DNA of 64,000 bases from Candidatus Omnitrophota bacterium (GCA_043800555.1 JAZDMX010000015.1:19218-83217); one strand, 5' to 3'; positions 20,358-30,001 are shown, numbered from the stretch's first letter. The notes: generated by a model from the sequence alone, not told the origin. A program made the numbers and translations.

Positions 20358-22059
20358 TTGAATACAAATCCGCTGTTAATGCCTGTTTAGTCTTTAAATA
20401 TCTCAATACATCCCCGGCAACATACTTAAATACCGGGGCGGCAACCACGCCTCCATAGTAAGACGGATGCGGTTCATCCAAAGAAACAACAATAGTAACC
20501 AGAGGGTCTTCCGCAGGCGCAAAGCCGACGAAGGAACCTACGAATTTATTATGGGAGTAAGCGCCGTTAGGTTCTAACTTTTGAGCTGTGCCGGTTTTAC
20601 CGGCAGAAGTAAAACCCGGGACCTGCGCCATCCTCCCTGTTCCCTCTTCTACCACTCCGGTAAGCATCTTAGTCATCCGTAAAGATGTGTCCAAGGACAA
20701 AACCTTGCGGATTAACTTCGGCTGAAACTTCATTATTATTCTTCCCTGTTTATCCCGGATCTCATCTATGGCATAGGGCTTCATCAACTGCCCGCCGTTA
20801 GCGATCACCGACATTGCCCCGGCCAATTGTAAAGCAGTTACGCCCACTTCCTGGCCTATAGGAATCGCCCCTATGGAAGTCCTGGACCAGAATCGAGGCT
20901 CCTTCAATATCCCGGATATCTCTCCCGGTAAATCTATCCCCGATTTCGCACCAAAACCAAACAGCTTTGCATATTTATAGACTATCTCCGGGCCAAGTTT
21001 CTGGGCTATCTTTACTGTCCCTATATTGCTTGACTCCTGGATAACCTCTCTAAAGCTAAGCCAGCCATGCGCCGTATGGTCGTGTAGAACATGGTTAGCT
21101 ACCAGATAGGAGCCGTTTTCGCAAAAGAACCTATCTTCTTCATTTACTCTTTTTTCCTCCAAGGCGGCTGCGGCGGTAACAATCTTAAAAACTGAACCCG
21201 GTTCAAATAAATCGCAGATAGCCCGGTTGCGCTTTGCGTCTTTACTTGGGTTACCGCGTTCGTTTAAATCATAAGTAGGCCGGCTTGCCATGGCCAATAT
21301 TCTACCCGTATGTGTCTCCATAACGATAATGCTTGCGCCTTTAGCGTGAAAAGTTTTAAAGGCCTTATCCAGTTCCCGCTCGGCTATATACTGCACCACC
21401 TGGTCTATGGTCAATACAACGTCATACCCATCTTTGGGCAAAATCATCTTCTCCCAAATATCCAGTTTCTTTTGCCGCGCGTCCCTTAAGAAGATTGCCC
21501 AACCCTGCTCGCCTTTTAAATATTTATCCAGGTAAAACTCTACGCCTTCCAATCCCGTATTGTCAAGTCCGGCGAACCCGATTATCTGACTGGCTAAATA
21601 TGAATTCGGATAGCTGCGCTTACTCTCTCTCAAGAAACCCAGACCTTTGATATTTAACTGCTTAATCGCGCTTGACTGTTCCGGGGTTATTTTACGCGCC
21701 AGCCATACAAAAGATTTCTTATGGTCCAACCTTTCCTTAAGATATTCCTGTTTTACATTCAATATTCCGGAGAGTTGACGGATAATAATTTCTTTATCGC
21801 TGTCTTTAATGCTGACTGGCGAAGCGTAAAGAGAATCAGTGGGTAAATTCAGGGCTTGCGGCCTTAGGTCGCTATCATAAATAACGCCCCGCAAAGGTTC
21901 CAATTCTACGAAGAAATTATGCTGTTTTCTGGCAATATCCGCCAGATAGCTGGAGTTGAAGAATTGTATATAGAGGAGCCGTCCAATACAGAGGATTAAA
22001 AAAGAAAGGAAAAATAGGAATACCGCCTCGGCCTTGCGGCGATAATTGCTTATATACAC
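20335..22059 (-). CDS. ftsI: penicillin-binding protein 3-type transpeptidase (FtsI)
   Basis: N-terminal transmembrane anchor plus PBP dimer domain. Transpeptidase motifs SVFK (SxxK), SSN and KTGT are present. Confidence 0.9.
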   Translation of the reverse strand: MYISNYRRKAEAVFLFFLSFLILCIGRLLYIQFFNSSYLADIARKQHNFFVELEPLRGVIYDSDLRPQALNLPTDSLYASPVSIKDSDKEIIIRQLSGILNVKQEYLKERLDHKKSFVWLARKITPEQSSAIKQLNIKGLGFLRESKRSYPNSYLASQIIGFAGLDNTGLEGVEFYLDKYLKGEQGWAIFLRDARQKKLDIWEKMILPKDGYDVVLTIDQVVQYIAERELDKAFKTFHAKGASIIVMETHTGRILAMASRPTYDLNERGNPSKDAKRNRAICDLFEPGSVFKIVTAAAALEEKRVNEEDRFFCENGSYLVANHVLHDHTAHGWLSFREVIQESSNIGTVKIAQKLGPEIVYKYAKLFGFGAKSGIDLPGEISGILKEPRFWSRTSIGAIPIGQEVGVTALQLAGAMSVIANGGQLMKPYAIDEIRDKQGRIIMKFQPKLIRKVLSLDTSLRMTKMLTGVVEEGTGRMAQVPGFTSAGKTGTAQKLEPNGAYSHNKFVGSFVGFAPAEDPLVTIVVSLDEPHPSYYGGVVAAPVFKYVAGDVLRYLKTKQALTADLYSNANRRAD

Positions 22060-22160
22060 ATTAACTCTTGATCATTCGACGGCGCTACTCGCCGCTTTAG
22101 TATCAATCCTGAGCAGCCCTAATCTTTAAACCAGAACAAACGAAGGATTAGTTAGGAAAT

Positions 22161-22529
22161 TTACGGGTTAATTGTCCGGGCCTCGGCCTGGCGTTTTACG
22201 CCGAAGACGCGCGACAATAAAGTTTCTTTATTGGCTGCCCCCTGGGCTAAAGTCACCCCATCCTTAGAAGGAACCAATCTCACCAGCTGGTATTTATCGG
22301 GCATCTGAAAATCCGAATGGTTCGCTACGCTTCCTCCGATATTTACCAAAGAGCAATTCTTTTCGATATTATACCTTAAAATACTGTTCTTATCCAATAG
22401 TTCCTGGAAAACAACATGGTGTTTTTGCTCCACGTAAGCATACCTTAAGATCTCGCTTTGCTGATAAACATAAAGCAGCGAAAAAAGCGTAACGCTCATA
22501 ACCATAGATAAGAATTTGTTCAGCCTCAT
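22161..22529 (-). CDS. ftsL: putative cell division protein FtsL (small bitopic membrane protein)
   Basis: 122 aa with a single N-terminal transmembrane helix (VTLFSLLYVYQ). It lies between rsmH and ftsI where FtsL is normally encoded. There is no stronger sequence signature. Confidence 0.5.
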   Translation of the reverse strand: MRLNKFLSMVMSVTLFSLLYVYQQSEILRYAYVEQKHHVVFQELLDKNSILRYNIEKNCSLVNIGGSVANHSDFQMPDKYQLVRLVPSKDGVTLAQGAANKETLLSRVFGVKRQAEARTINP

Positions 22530-22534
22530 AGTTT

Positions 22535-23437
22535 TTAAACTCTTTCTGCCACTCTCAACTTGGATGAGCGGCTGGCCGGGTTCGCCCCTACCTCGGAGCT
22601 AGACGCCGTTAAAGGTTTAGGCGTTATTATATCAATCAATCCCTGATCTTGCGCCTTACGGAACGCGAATTTAATTACGCGGTCCTCTAAGGAATGAAAG
22701 GAGATAACGCATATTCTAGCTTTTTTCTCCATAATTGCAATAGCCTTATTGACCGCTGCGTCCAAAATCTCCAGCTCCCTGTTTACGGCGATGCGCACCG
22801 CCTGAAAAGTGCGGGTTGCCGGGTGTATCCTGTAATACCTGTGGCGGTACCTTGAAGGTATGGACCTTATTACTATACCGGCAAGCTGCAGCGTATTCGC
22901 AATAGGCTCTTTCTCCCTTTCTTGCACGATCAAATGAGCAATGCGGTTATGCCACCTTTCCTCACCGAAGTTCCAGAGCAAAGTCGAAAGCTCTTCTTCG
23001 TTCAAGTTATTGACAAGATCATACGCCGATATGTAACTGTCTTTATCCATGCGCATATCCAAAGGGCCGTCCCCCTGGAAACTAAATCCGCGCGATGCGT
23101 CAAACAGCTGAAAGGAAGAAATCCCCAAATCAAAAAGGATCCCGTCAACCGATTTAACTCCCAAGTTTTCTAAGAGCGTGTCTATATCCGCGAAATTACC
23201 GTGGATTAATTTGCAAGCGGACCCGAATTTACTCAGGCGTTGGCGGGCAAACGTCAAAGACGAATCGTCCCGATCAATGCCTATGAGCCCTCCTCCAGGG
23301 AGAATCCGCTCTAATATTGCCAAAGAATGGCCGGCAGTGCCCAATGTAGCGTCAACTATTGTATCGCCGGGTTTTAACTGCAAATGCTCCAAAACCTCTC
23401 CCAGCATAACGGGAGTGTGAATTTTAATATCAGACAT
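22535..23437 (-). CDS. rsmH: 16S rRNA (cytosine1402-N4)-methyltransferase
   Basis: SAM-binding DATLGTAGHS motif. RsmH/MraW fold. It overlaps mraZ by 8 nt. Confidence 0.95.
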   Translation of the reverse strand: MSDIKIHTPVMLGEVLEHLQLKPGDTIVDATLGTAGHSLAILERILPGGGLIGIDRDDSSLTFARQRLSKFGSACKLIHGNFADIDTLLENLGVKSVDGILFDLGISSFQLFDASRGFSFQGDGPLDMRMDKDSYISAYDLVNNLNEEELSTLLWNFGEERWHNRIAHLIVQEREKEPIANTLQLAGIVIRSIPSRYRHRYYRIHPATRTFQAVRIAVNRELEILDAAVNKAIAIMEKKARICVISFHSLEDRVIKFAFRKAQDQGLIDIITPKPLTASSSEVGANPASRSSKLRVAERV

Positions 23438-23867
23438 CCATCAGCTTCTCGGCAATATCTTCGAAGGATTGCCGGGAATTTCCATAAAACTCTGACCACT
23501 TATCTTTAGCCCAAATTTCAATGCGGTTAGAGACGCCGACGACAACCACATCTTTCTTGATCTGGGCGAAATCTTTCAAGTACTGCGGCAAGAGGATCCT
23601 TCCTTGTGAGTCAAAGGTTATTTCAACGGCTCCGGAAAAATACAGGCGGTTAAATTTACGCGATTCCAGCTTAGTAAAAGACATGGCTTTAAATTTGGAT
23701 TCCTGGGAACGCCACTCCTCTTCGGAAAACATAAACAGGCATTCATCCAGCCCGCGGGTAATAAAAAACCTCTCCACAAAATTCGCTTTGGCTGTTTCGC
23801 GAAATTTAGCGGGTAAGATAAGGCGGCCCTTGCGGTCTATGGAATGCGAGAATTCACCGTAGAACAT
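23430..23867 (-). CDS. mraZ: transcriptional regulator MraZ
   Basis: 145 aa. Duplicated SpoVT/AbrB-like halves with DxxGR motifs (IDRKGRLILP and DSQGRILLP). Confidence 0.95.
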   Translation of the reverse strand: MFYGEFSHSIDRKGRLILPAKFRETAKANFVERFFITRGLDECLFMFSEEEWRSQESKFKAMSFTKLESRKFNRLYFSGAVEITFDSQGRILLPQYLKDFAQIKKDVVVVGVSNRIEIWAKDKWSEFYGNSRQSFEDIAEKLMDV

Positions 23868-23979
23868 CGATAAACGCTTGATACCTGGCTTATCCTAGGC
23901 CAAATATCAACTCCTTTGGTATTTTTCGCTTAGGCAATATTAATAAATGCCTATCTTGGGATATTTTACCTAAGCTAAA

Positions 23980-24004
23980 TCCACTCTACTCCACTTTAAT
24001 CCAC
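23980..24004 (-). promoter_or_regulatory. putative MraZ operator: three direct GTGGA repeats at exact 10-bp phasing
   Basis: Minus strand: aGTGGAttaaaGTGGAgtagaGTGGAttt. TCCAC occurs at 23980, 23990 and 24000 on the plus strand. This matches the known MraZ box architecture, which is three GTGG[GA] direct repeats with 5-nt spacers upstream of mraZ. Confidence 0.7.
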
Positions 24005-24117
24005 TTAACATCCAAAGTATAGATAAAATACCCCGCTTTGTCAAGAAGAATATTAAGTTCCTTCCCGTGCTTGTAGCCAAGTATTCAAGACTTTAGGGCC
24101 CTTATTCGGGCAAAAGG

Positions 24118-24194
24118 GACGAAAAAAAGGGGGACGTTTCTACTTTTCCAAGCTTAGTTCTGGAAAAGTAGAAACGTCCCCCTTTTTTTTCGTC
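24118..24194. terminator. long perfect hairpin (about 30-bp stem) with an A-run and T-run; bidirectional terminator between ribF and mraZ
   Basis: Sequence: gacgaaaaaaaGGGGGACGTTTCTACTTTTCCA-(agcttagttc)-TGGAAAAGTAGAAACGTCCCCCttttttttcgtc. The stem matches the 7593-7665 hairpin except for one compensatory C:G to T:A pair. Confidence 0.8.
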
Positions 24195-24206
24195 TCCCTT
24201 TTTCGG

Positions 24207-25127
24207 TCAAGAAAGGATTTGCCTTGCGCGGATTACGTCTTTTTGGATTTGCTTCGACAGAAGGCCCAGAGAAGAAAACTTCTTATCCGGCCTTATTTTC
24301 CGGATGAACTGGATCTCGAGGTATTTCCCGTAGATGTTTTTGCGGAAACTAAAAATGTGGACCTCAACATTTACCTTCTCGCGCCTGCCGCCTGCTGCAT
24401 GCTGCGGGCTGATTGTAGGCCGGGTCCCGATATAGCAGGCGCCCTTAAATTCTTTTTTATCCAAAATTATTCTTACGGCATAAATTCCCTCCGAGGGGAT
24501 TACTTCGTGATGGGGATTGATATTTGCCGTCGGAAAACCCAGCAACCTGCCGATCTTCGTCCCTCTTACAACCGTTCCCAGAATACTTACCGGCCGAGCC
24601 AGGAATTTTTGCGCGAGCCGGATATCCCCATTTCTGATCAGCTTGCGGATTAAAGTGCTGCTTACGGGAATACCCCTGATTTTGACAATACTAAAACCTC
24701 TGGCTTTGAAATCATAGATTTTACCCATTTTCTCCAAAAGAATAAAATCGCCTTTTATTTTATACCCAAACCGGAAATCTCTTCCCACGTAAACCAGGGA
24801 CGCGCCGATTTTGTCAACCAAAATATCTTTCACGAAACCTTTGGCGCTCATCCTGGAGAAATGACTGCTGAAGTTGGCAACAACACAAATATCAATGCCT
24901 AATTCGGCGATAAGGCGTAACCTGTGCTCAAGCGAATACAAACTCTCCTTCCTTTGCGGATGCGGATAGAATGTTACGACAACGCTCCTAGAGCCGATTT
25001 CATGGGCCTTGGCCGAAACAGCTTCAAGTATCCGGCGATGCCCGCGGTGCACGCCATCAAACACGCCCATCGCCACTACCGAACCCTTAAGCTTACCAAT
25101 ATTATTTATGCCGTAGATAACCTTCAT
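24207..25127 (-). CDS. ribF: bifunctional riboflavin kinase / FMN adenylyltransferase
   Basis: N-terminal FAD-synthetase domain (GVFDGVHRGHRRIL). C-terminal riboflavin kinase domain (PTANI, ExHIF). Confidence 0.95.
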   Translation of the reverse strand: MKVIYGINNIGKLKGSVVAMGVFDGVHRGHRRILEAVSAKAHEIGSRSVVVTFYPHPQRKESLYSLEHRLRLIAELGIDICVVANFSSHFSRMSAKGFVKDILVDKIGASLVYVGRDFRFGYKIKGDFILLEKMGKIYDFKARGFSIVKIRGIPVSSTLIRKLIRNGDIRLAQKFLARPVSILGTVVRGTKIGRLLGFPTANINPHHEVIPSEGIYAVRIILDKKEFKGACYIGTRPTISPQHAAGGRREKVNVEVHIFSFRKNIYGKYLEIQFIRKIRPDKKFSSLGLLSKQIQKDVIRARQILS

Positions 25128-25219
25128 TTCTCTTTAATCCCCTTGTCAAAACCGGCTTAAGCCGGTTTTGCCCTTGCAAAATACCGCTCGCCAATGGCGC
25201 AACGACGCGAACGCTAAAT

Positions 25220-26200
25220 TTATTTTAGGCCCCGGCGAATCTTGGCAATGACTTTCTTGCGCACGTCAGCGAGCCTGCCGCGGACGGTGCAACCGGAGGC
25301 AGTCTTATGCCCTCCGCCGCCAAAAGCAGACGCCACCTTATTTACGTCAGCTAATCCGGTAGACCTTAAATTGACCCGGATCTCATTTCTTACGCCAAGA
25401 TTTTCCTTAAAGAGCGCGGCGACTTCAACGCCTTTTATTGAGCGTACAAAACCCAATAAATGATCGGTCAAATCAAAAGATAACTTCTTATGCCTTAATA
25501 ATCTTGCCGGGACCTCCACCCAGGCGATCTTGCCGGAGTTAACCATATGTATCCCGGCCACGGCCTTAGTTAATACTTGAATATCCCTAAAAGGTATATT
25601 CTCATAAATATTCTTATACACTTGATTAGCGTTAATATTAAAATTTAATAATTCCGCCACGGCCTTATGGGTAAAACCTGAGGTATTTGAATAGCGGAAC
25701 GACCCTGTATCCGTGAGCATGCCGGCGTATAAAAGCAAAGCGGAATCATTATCGAAGGATACGCGCATTTCTTTATAAAGCCTGAAAACCATCTCCGAGG
25801 CCGAAGATGCGCCCGGCTGGACCCAATTAACGGAGCCAAAACCCTTATTGCTTATATGATGGTCTATGTTAATAACGGGCTTGTTGCCTTTATCTATTTG
25901 ACCCACCGAGCCAATCCGGCTTAAATCCGTGCAATCAAGGATAACCATACAATCAAAATCCATGCCCTTTAAGCCCGGGCTGTAAAGCTTTATGTTTTCC
26001 TTAAACGGGAAAAAACCATACTCTTGCGGCAAGGGGTCCTCGTTAACGATAAACGCGTCTTTGCCAAGCTTCTTTAACAGGCAATAAAGGGCCAACTCCG
26101 AGCCTAAGGCATCGCCTTCAGGGCTAGTGTGGCTGCTGATTAAGAAACGCTTATACTTTTTTATTGCCGCGGCGGCCCTTTTTAGGCTTATCCTGTCCAT
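25220..26200 (-). CDS. nrnA: DHH/DHHA1 phosphoesterase, NrnA-like (nanoRNase / pAp phosphatase)
   Basis: DHH motifs are present (SHTSPEGDALGS, DHH) together with a DHHA1 GGGH motif (GGGGH). It overlaps rbfA by about 50 nt, so the true start may lie downstream. Confidence 0.8.
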   Translation of the reverse strand: MDRISLKRAAAAIKKYKRFLISSHTSPEGDALGSELALYCLLKKLGKDAFIVNEDPLPQEYGFFPFKENIKLYSPGLKGMDFDCMVILDCTDLSRIGSVGQIDKGNKPVINIDHHISNKGFGSVNWVQPGASSASEMVFRLYKEMRVSFDNDSALLLYAGMLTDTGSFRYSNTSGFTHKAVAELLNFNINANQVYKNIYENIPFRDIQVLTKAVAGIHMVNSGKIAWVEVPARLLRHKKLSFDLTDHLLGFVRSIKGVEVAALFKENLGVRNEIRVNLRSTGLADVNKVASAFGGGGHKTASGCTVRGRLADVRKKVIAKIRRGLK

Positions 26201-26540
26201 TAATCTCCTTTATTTCATTTAAAACCTCTTCTATGCGCACGCTATATTCCGTTGACCGGTCTTCATAAAAAGCAATTTCAGGCGCAAACCTTAAACTAAG
26301 CCTTTCGGCGACTAATTTACGCACAAACCCTAAAGCCGAATCTAAAGCCTCTTTTGTGTTTTTATAAGACTCTTCATTCCCCAATACGCTAAAAAAGATC
26401 TTGGCGTACCTTAAATCCGGGGTAACTTCAACCCTAGTTATAGTTACAAAACCCAGCCTGGGGTCCTTGAGCTTATCGTGGATTATAATGCTGGCCTCCT
26501 GCCTTATTGCCTCAGCCACTCTATCCTGTCTCGATGACAT
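26151..26540 (-). CDS. rbfA: ribosome-binding factor A
   Basis: 129 aa. KH-like RbfA core (RVAEAIRQEASIII...LGFVTITRVEVTPDLRYAKIF) with a Lys-rich tail. Confidence 0.9.
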   Translation of the reverse strand: MSSRQDRVAEAIRQEASIIIHDKLKDPRLGFVTITRVEVTPDLRYAKIFFSVLGNEESYKNTKEALDSALGFVRKLVAERLSLRFAPEIAFYEDRSTEYSVRIEEVLNEIKEINGQDKPKKGRRGNKKV

Positions 26541-26559
26541 TTGTCAACTCCCTGCCTGC

Positions 26560-27888
26560 CTAGGGCAGGCTCTTTTTTAACAACTTCTTTATCAAAATTA
26601 ACTCTTCTTCTTTAGTCTTGGCCCGCCCGTTAAGCTTGGCGGATAAAACCCGTTCGAATATTTTCTGATACCTTGGCCCGGGCAGAACGCCCAAACAGCG
26701 TAAATCTTGCCCGCAAACAGAAATACGCATACCGTTATAAATCTCCAGGAAATCAGCCGTATTGCGCCTGAATATTTTATTCTTATGCCTGGCCCTTAAA
26801 GCAATTATAGTTTCGTAGCTAAGCGGTTCCAGCAACTTGAACATTCTCGAAGGCTGAATCTTTGAACTGCTCAAATACCTGATATCGCAAGGACGCATCT
26901 CTTTATAGCTCAACAGCCTCTTCTCTTCTCCTTTGCGCAAACCGAATTTAAGACAGATTCTTCTGATACGGGAAACATCCAAAAGATCCACTAAACCGGC
27001 TAAATAAATCACCCAGAGATCCAGCGGCCTGCGGCCAGGATTTTCTTTATTAAACCAGTTAACCTGGCCCCTGATTGACCTCAAAAGCAAATACGTATTC
27101 CCGGAGAACCTTAGGCCCGGATAAATAAAATCAAAGCCGGCCAATTTTCCCAGCCGCTTGATTTGTTTAGCCGGGGCGCTTTCTTTTAAAACCGAAACCA
27201 ACTCATCGCGGATCCTATGCGGATGGACTTTGCCGAGATAATTAAGCTTAACTGCTTCTTTTAATAGTCTCAATGTATCCGGCTCTATCTTAAAATCATA
27301 TCTTTGCTCAAAACGAACTGCCCGTAAAATGCGCGTGGGATCGTCAATAAAACTTAACGGATGCAGGACTCGGATAACCTTGCGCTTAATGTCCGCTTGG
27401 CCGCCGAAATAATCAACGAGTTTTGAGGAATTCAGGCTTATCGCCAAAGAGTTAATGGTAAAATCCCGGCGGGATAAATCATCCCTTAACGAACCCGGGC
27501 TTACTACAGGCAAATGCGCCGGGCTAGGATAATATTCTTTCCTGGCGCTGGAGAAATCGATATGCCCGGCCAGCTTAGCCGGCTTAGAGCCGGCAGCCGG
27601 CGCAAACTGGCTATCGAGCCCTAGCCCGGGCTTTATAAAAACCGTGGCAGTCCCGAATTGCCGGTGAACGGTAATTTTTTCCCCCAGCGAATTCGCGACA
27701 ATACAGGCAAAATTTATTCCGTCCCCTTCAACAACAATATCCAAATCCAGGTTCTTTACCCCCAGGATTAAATCGCGCACAAATCCGCCGACTAAATACG
27801 CCTTAAGGCCTTCTCTTGCCGCAATATCCCGCAGCTTATTTAATAAGCCCTGCAATTCTTCCGGCATTCTTTCCAGGTATTCTTTCAT
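26560..27888 (-). CDS. tRNA nucleotidyltransferase (CCA-adding) / poly(A) polymerase family
   Basis: N-terminal pol-beta nucleotidyltransferase head (LVGGFVRDLILG...DLDIVVEG). RNA-binding C-terminal domains. 442 aa. Confidence 0.75.
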   Translation of the reverse strand: MKEYLERMPEELQGLLNKLRDIAAREGLKAYLVGGFVRDLILGVKNLDLDIVVEGDGINFACIVANSLGEKITVHRQFGTATVFIKPGLGLDSQFAPAAGSKPAKLAGHIDFSSARKEYYPSPAHLPVVSPGSLRDDLSRRDFTINSLAISLNSSKLVDYFGGQADIKRKVIRVLHPLSFIDDPTRILRAVRFEQRYDFKIEPDTLRLLKEAVKLNYLGKVHPHRIRDELVSVLKESAPAKQIKRLGKLAGFDFIYPGLRFSGNTYLLLRSIRGQVNWFNKENPGRRPLDLWVIYLAGLVDLLDVSRIRRICLKFGLRKGEEKRLLSYKEMRPCDIRYLSSSKIQPSRMFKLLEPLSYETIIALRARHKNKIFRRNTADFLEIYNGMRISVCGQDLRCLGVLPGPRYQKIFERVLSAKLNGRAKTKEEELILIKKLLKKSLP

Positions 27889-27960
27889 CTTAATTCCTGC
27901 CTTATCCGCAAATGCGGCCCTATCCTAAATGGCTATAAAGTGCAAACCCCCCGCTTATCC

Positions 27961-28848
27961 TTATGGCCGGGGATGGAACTGCTTATGGATGTTCTTTAAC
28001 CTGTCCCTATTTATGTGCGTATAAATCTGGGTCGTAGAAATATTGGAATGGCCCAACATCTCCTGCACCGAACGTAAATCCGCTCCGCGTTCAAGTAAAT
28101 GCGTGGCAAACGAATGCCTTAAGATATGCGGCTTAATCGTTTTCTTGATTTGCGCCAGTTTCGCGTACTTTTTAATAATTTTCCAAAAAGACTGCCGGGA
28201 AATATTATTGCCGAAACGGCTAACGAATAGAAATTCAGACTCTTTGTTATTTAATAGCCTTGGCCGGGACATCTCCAGGTATTTATTTATGCTGGCTATG
28301 GCCTTCTTCCCTAAGGGAATAACCCTCTCTTTATTCCCTTTCCCGATACAACGCAAGAAGCCAATATCTAAATTTACGTTATCTTTCTTCAGGTTTGTTG
28401 CCTCGGATACGCGCATACCGGTGGCATAAAGCGTCTCCAGTATTGCCTTATCCCGCGAGCCCTGGGCGCTACGCGCATCAGGCTGGGAGATCAAAGACTC
28501 TACCTCGTTTAGGGTGAGGGTCTCGGGGATCTTTTTCCAGAGCCTGGGGGAATCGATCAAAGCGCTGGGATCATCTTTCAGGACTCGCTCGCGCGTAAGG
28601 AAACGATGGAACATCCTTATTGCCGCAAGGCGACGGGCAATGGAATTAACTGCGATACCCTTTTCTTTTTGGTTAAACATAAAATTAGTGATATTGTTTT
28701 TGGATATTTTAGACAATGCGTCGATGCCGCTCTTTTCGATAAAATCAAGATAGGTATTCAGGTCCTCGCGGTAAGAAATAATCGTATTATTTGACAAGCC
28801 GCGCTCAACCGACAGGTAATTCAGGAAAGTATCGATTAATTCTTTCAT
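27961..28848 (-). CDS. xerD: tyrosine site-specific recombinase XerD/XerC
   Basis: Phage-integrase N-terminal SAM-like domain plus catalytic R..HxLRH..Y signature (GMRVSE, HILRHSFATH, LGHSNISTTQIYTH). Confidence 0.85.
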   Translation of the reverse strand: MKELIDTFLNYLSVERGLSNNTIISYREDLNTYLDFIEKSGIDALSKISKNNITNFMFNQKEKGIAVNSIARRLAAIRMFHRFLTRERVLKDDPSALIDSPRLWKKIPETLTLNEVESLISQPDARSAQGSRDKAILETLYATGMRVSEATNLKKDNVNLDIGFLRCIGKGNKERVIPLGKKAIASINKYLEMSRPRLLNNKESEFLFVSRFGNNISRQSFWKIIKKYAKLAQIKKTIKPHILRHSFATHLLERGADLRSVQEMLGHSNISTTQIYTHINRDRLKNIHKQFHPRP

Positions 28849-29459
28849 ACCAAGCCAGCTTTTTTCTCGTCTCCTATAGTAGAATACGTCCCATGCCCGG
28901 GATAAATCCTGGTATCATCCGGCAAAACAAATAGCTTCTCCCTTATGGATTTAGTTAACGACTCCCCGTTACCCCCGGATAAATCCGACCTACCGATTCC
29001 CCGGCAGAATAACGTATCTCCGGTAAAGGCTATTTTCCCCTGCGGCTTCTGAAGCAATAAAACAATCCCGCCCTCTGTGTGGCCGGGTGTATGCAAAACT
29101 TTTAGCTGTATCCCCTCCAGATCTATAACCTGATTGTCCTCTAAAGGCTTAATTTCCGATTCAACTATGTAACTAGCGCTGAATAAAGCCGACATATTCA
29201 ACATAGCGTCTTTTAACAACGGTATATCGCGCTTATGCGCATAAACCGGGACGCCAAATTCGTTATCCGCTCCGATATGGTCAAAATGGCCGTGAGTATT
29301 GATGATAAAGGCCGGATTTAGCTTATGTTGAGCCAAGACCTTCCTGATTACCTTCTCTTGCGCCCCGGGGTCAATAATTATGGCCCGGCAGCCATCGCTT
29401 TGGGCGAGTATATAACAATTAACCCCCATTGATCCCACAGGCACGGTTTCCAGTATCAT
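28845..29459 (-). CDS. MBL-fold metallo-hydrolase (GloB-like)
   Basis: HxHxDH motif (NTHGHFDHIG) and downstream His/Asp ligands. 204 aa. Confidence 0.8.
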   Translation of the reverse strand: MILETVPVGSMGVNCYILAQSDGCRAIIIDPGAQEKVIRKVLAQHKLNPAFIINTHGHFDHIGADNEFGVPVYAHKRDIPLLKDAMLNMSALFSASYIVESEIKPLEDNQVIDLEGIQLKVLHTPGHTEGGIVLLLQKPQGKIAFTGDTLFCRGIGRSDLSGGNGESLTKSIREKLFVLPDDTRIYPGHGTYSTIGDEKKAGLV

Positions 29460-29947
29460 ATTAAATCAGTCTTTATATCGCCGTAAGAAAATCTTTGTAA
29501 AATATTCCTTCTTATGTTCTCCGCCTTCAGGCGATAAGAATCATTTGACGAACCGTAGATATCAGACTGGATCTCTCCTTTTAGGCCGTAAAATTGCCCT
29601 AGATAAACGTCCAATTGCTTTTGCGCGCTTTCATTGAGAAGCCCCCGCATGCCGTTTAGGTTTTTTATTGCTTGCCCTGCGCAATCAAGCTTTTTCTTTT
29701 GCGAGGCATTTGAAAGAAAGGCGTTTATGAGTTCATCCTGCCAGGATTGCCAAAAAACAAAATATTGCCGGTACTTCTCCTCCTTAGTCATTTTCGGCCC
29801 CGACCACTCCTCGGGGGCCAAAACCATTTCTTCGGGAGACTTGTCTTTATTAGATTTGCGCGTGAACTTGCGCACAAACGCTTCGCAACCGGCTAAATTA
29901 ATCAATAAAATCAAACCGATAATAAGGGATAATGACTTGCGGGCCAT
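29456..29947 (-). CDS. hypothetical lipoprotein
   Basis: Signal peptide with an LAGC lipobox (MARKSLSLIIGLILLINLAGC). No recognisable domain. It overlaps the MBL gene by 4 nt. Confidence 0.5.
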   Translation of the reverse strand: MARKSLSLIIGLILLINLAGCEAFVRKFTRKSNKDKSPEEMVLAPEEWSGPKMTKEEKYRQYFVFWQSWQDELINAFLSNASQKKKLDCAGQAIKNLNGMRGLLNESAQKQLDVYLGQFYGLKGEIQSDIYGSSNDSYRLKAENIRRNILQRFSYGDIKTDLI

Positions 29948-30001
29948 TGAAATGCCTCCTTTTCCCCGCTAAACGATTTTACATGTAAAACGGGACCCTG
30001 C

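Noticed and set aside
25645-25839. 64-aa ORF inside nrnA
   Set aside because: It is an alternative frame of a well-supported gene.
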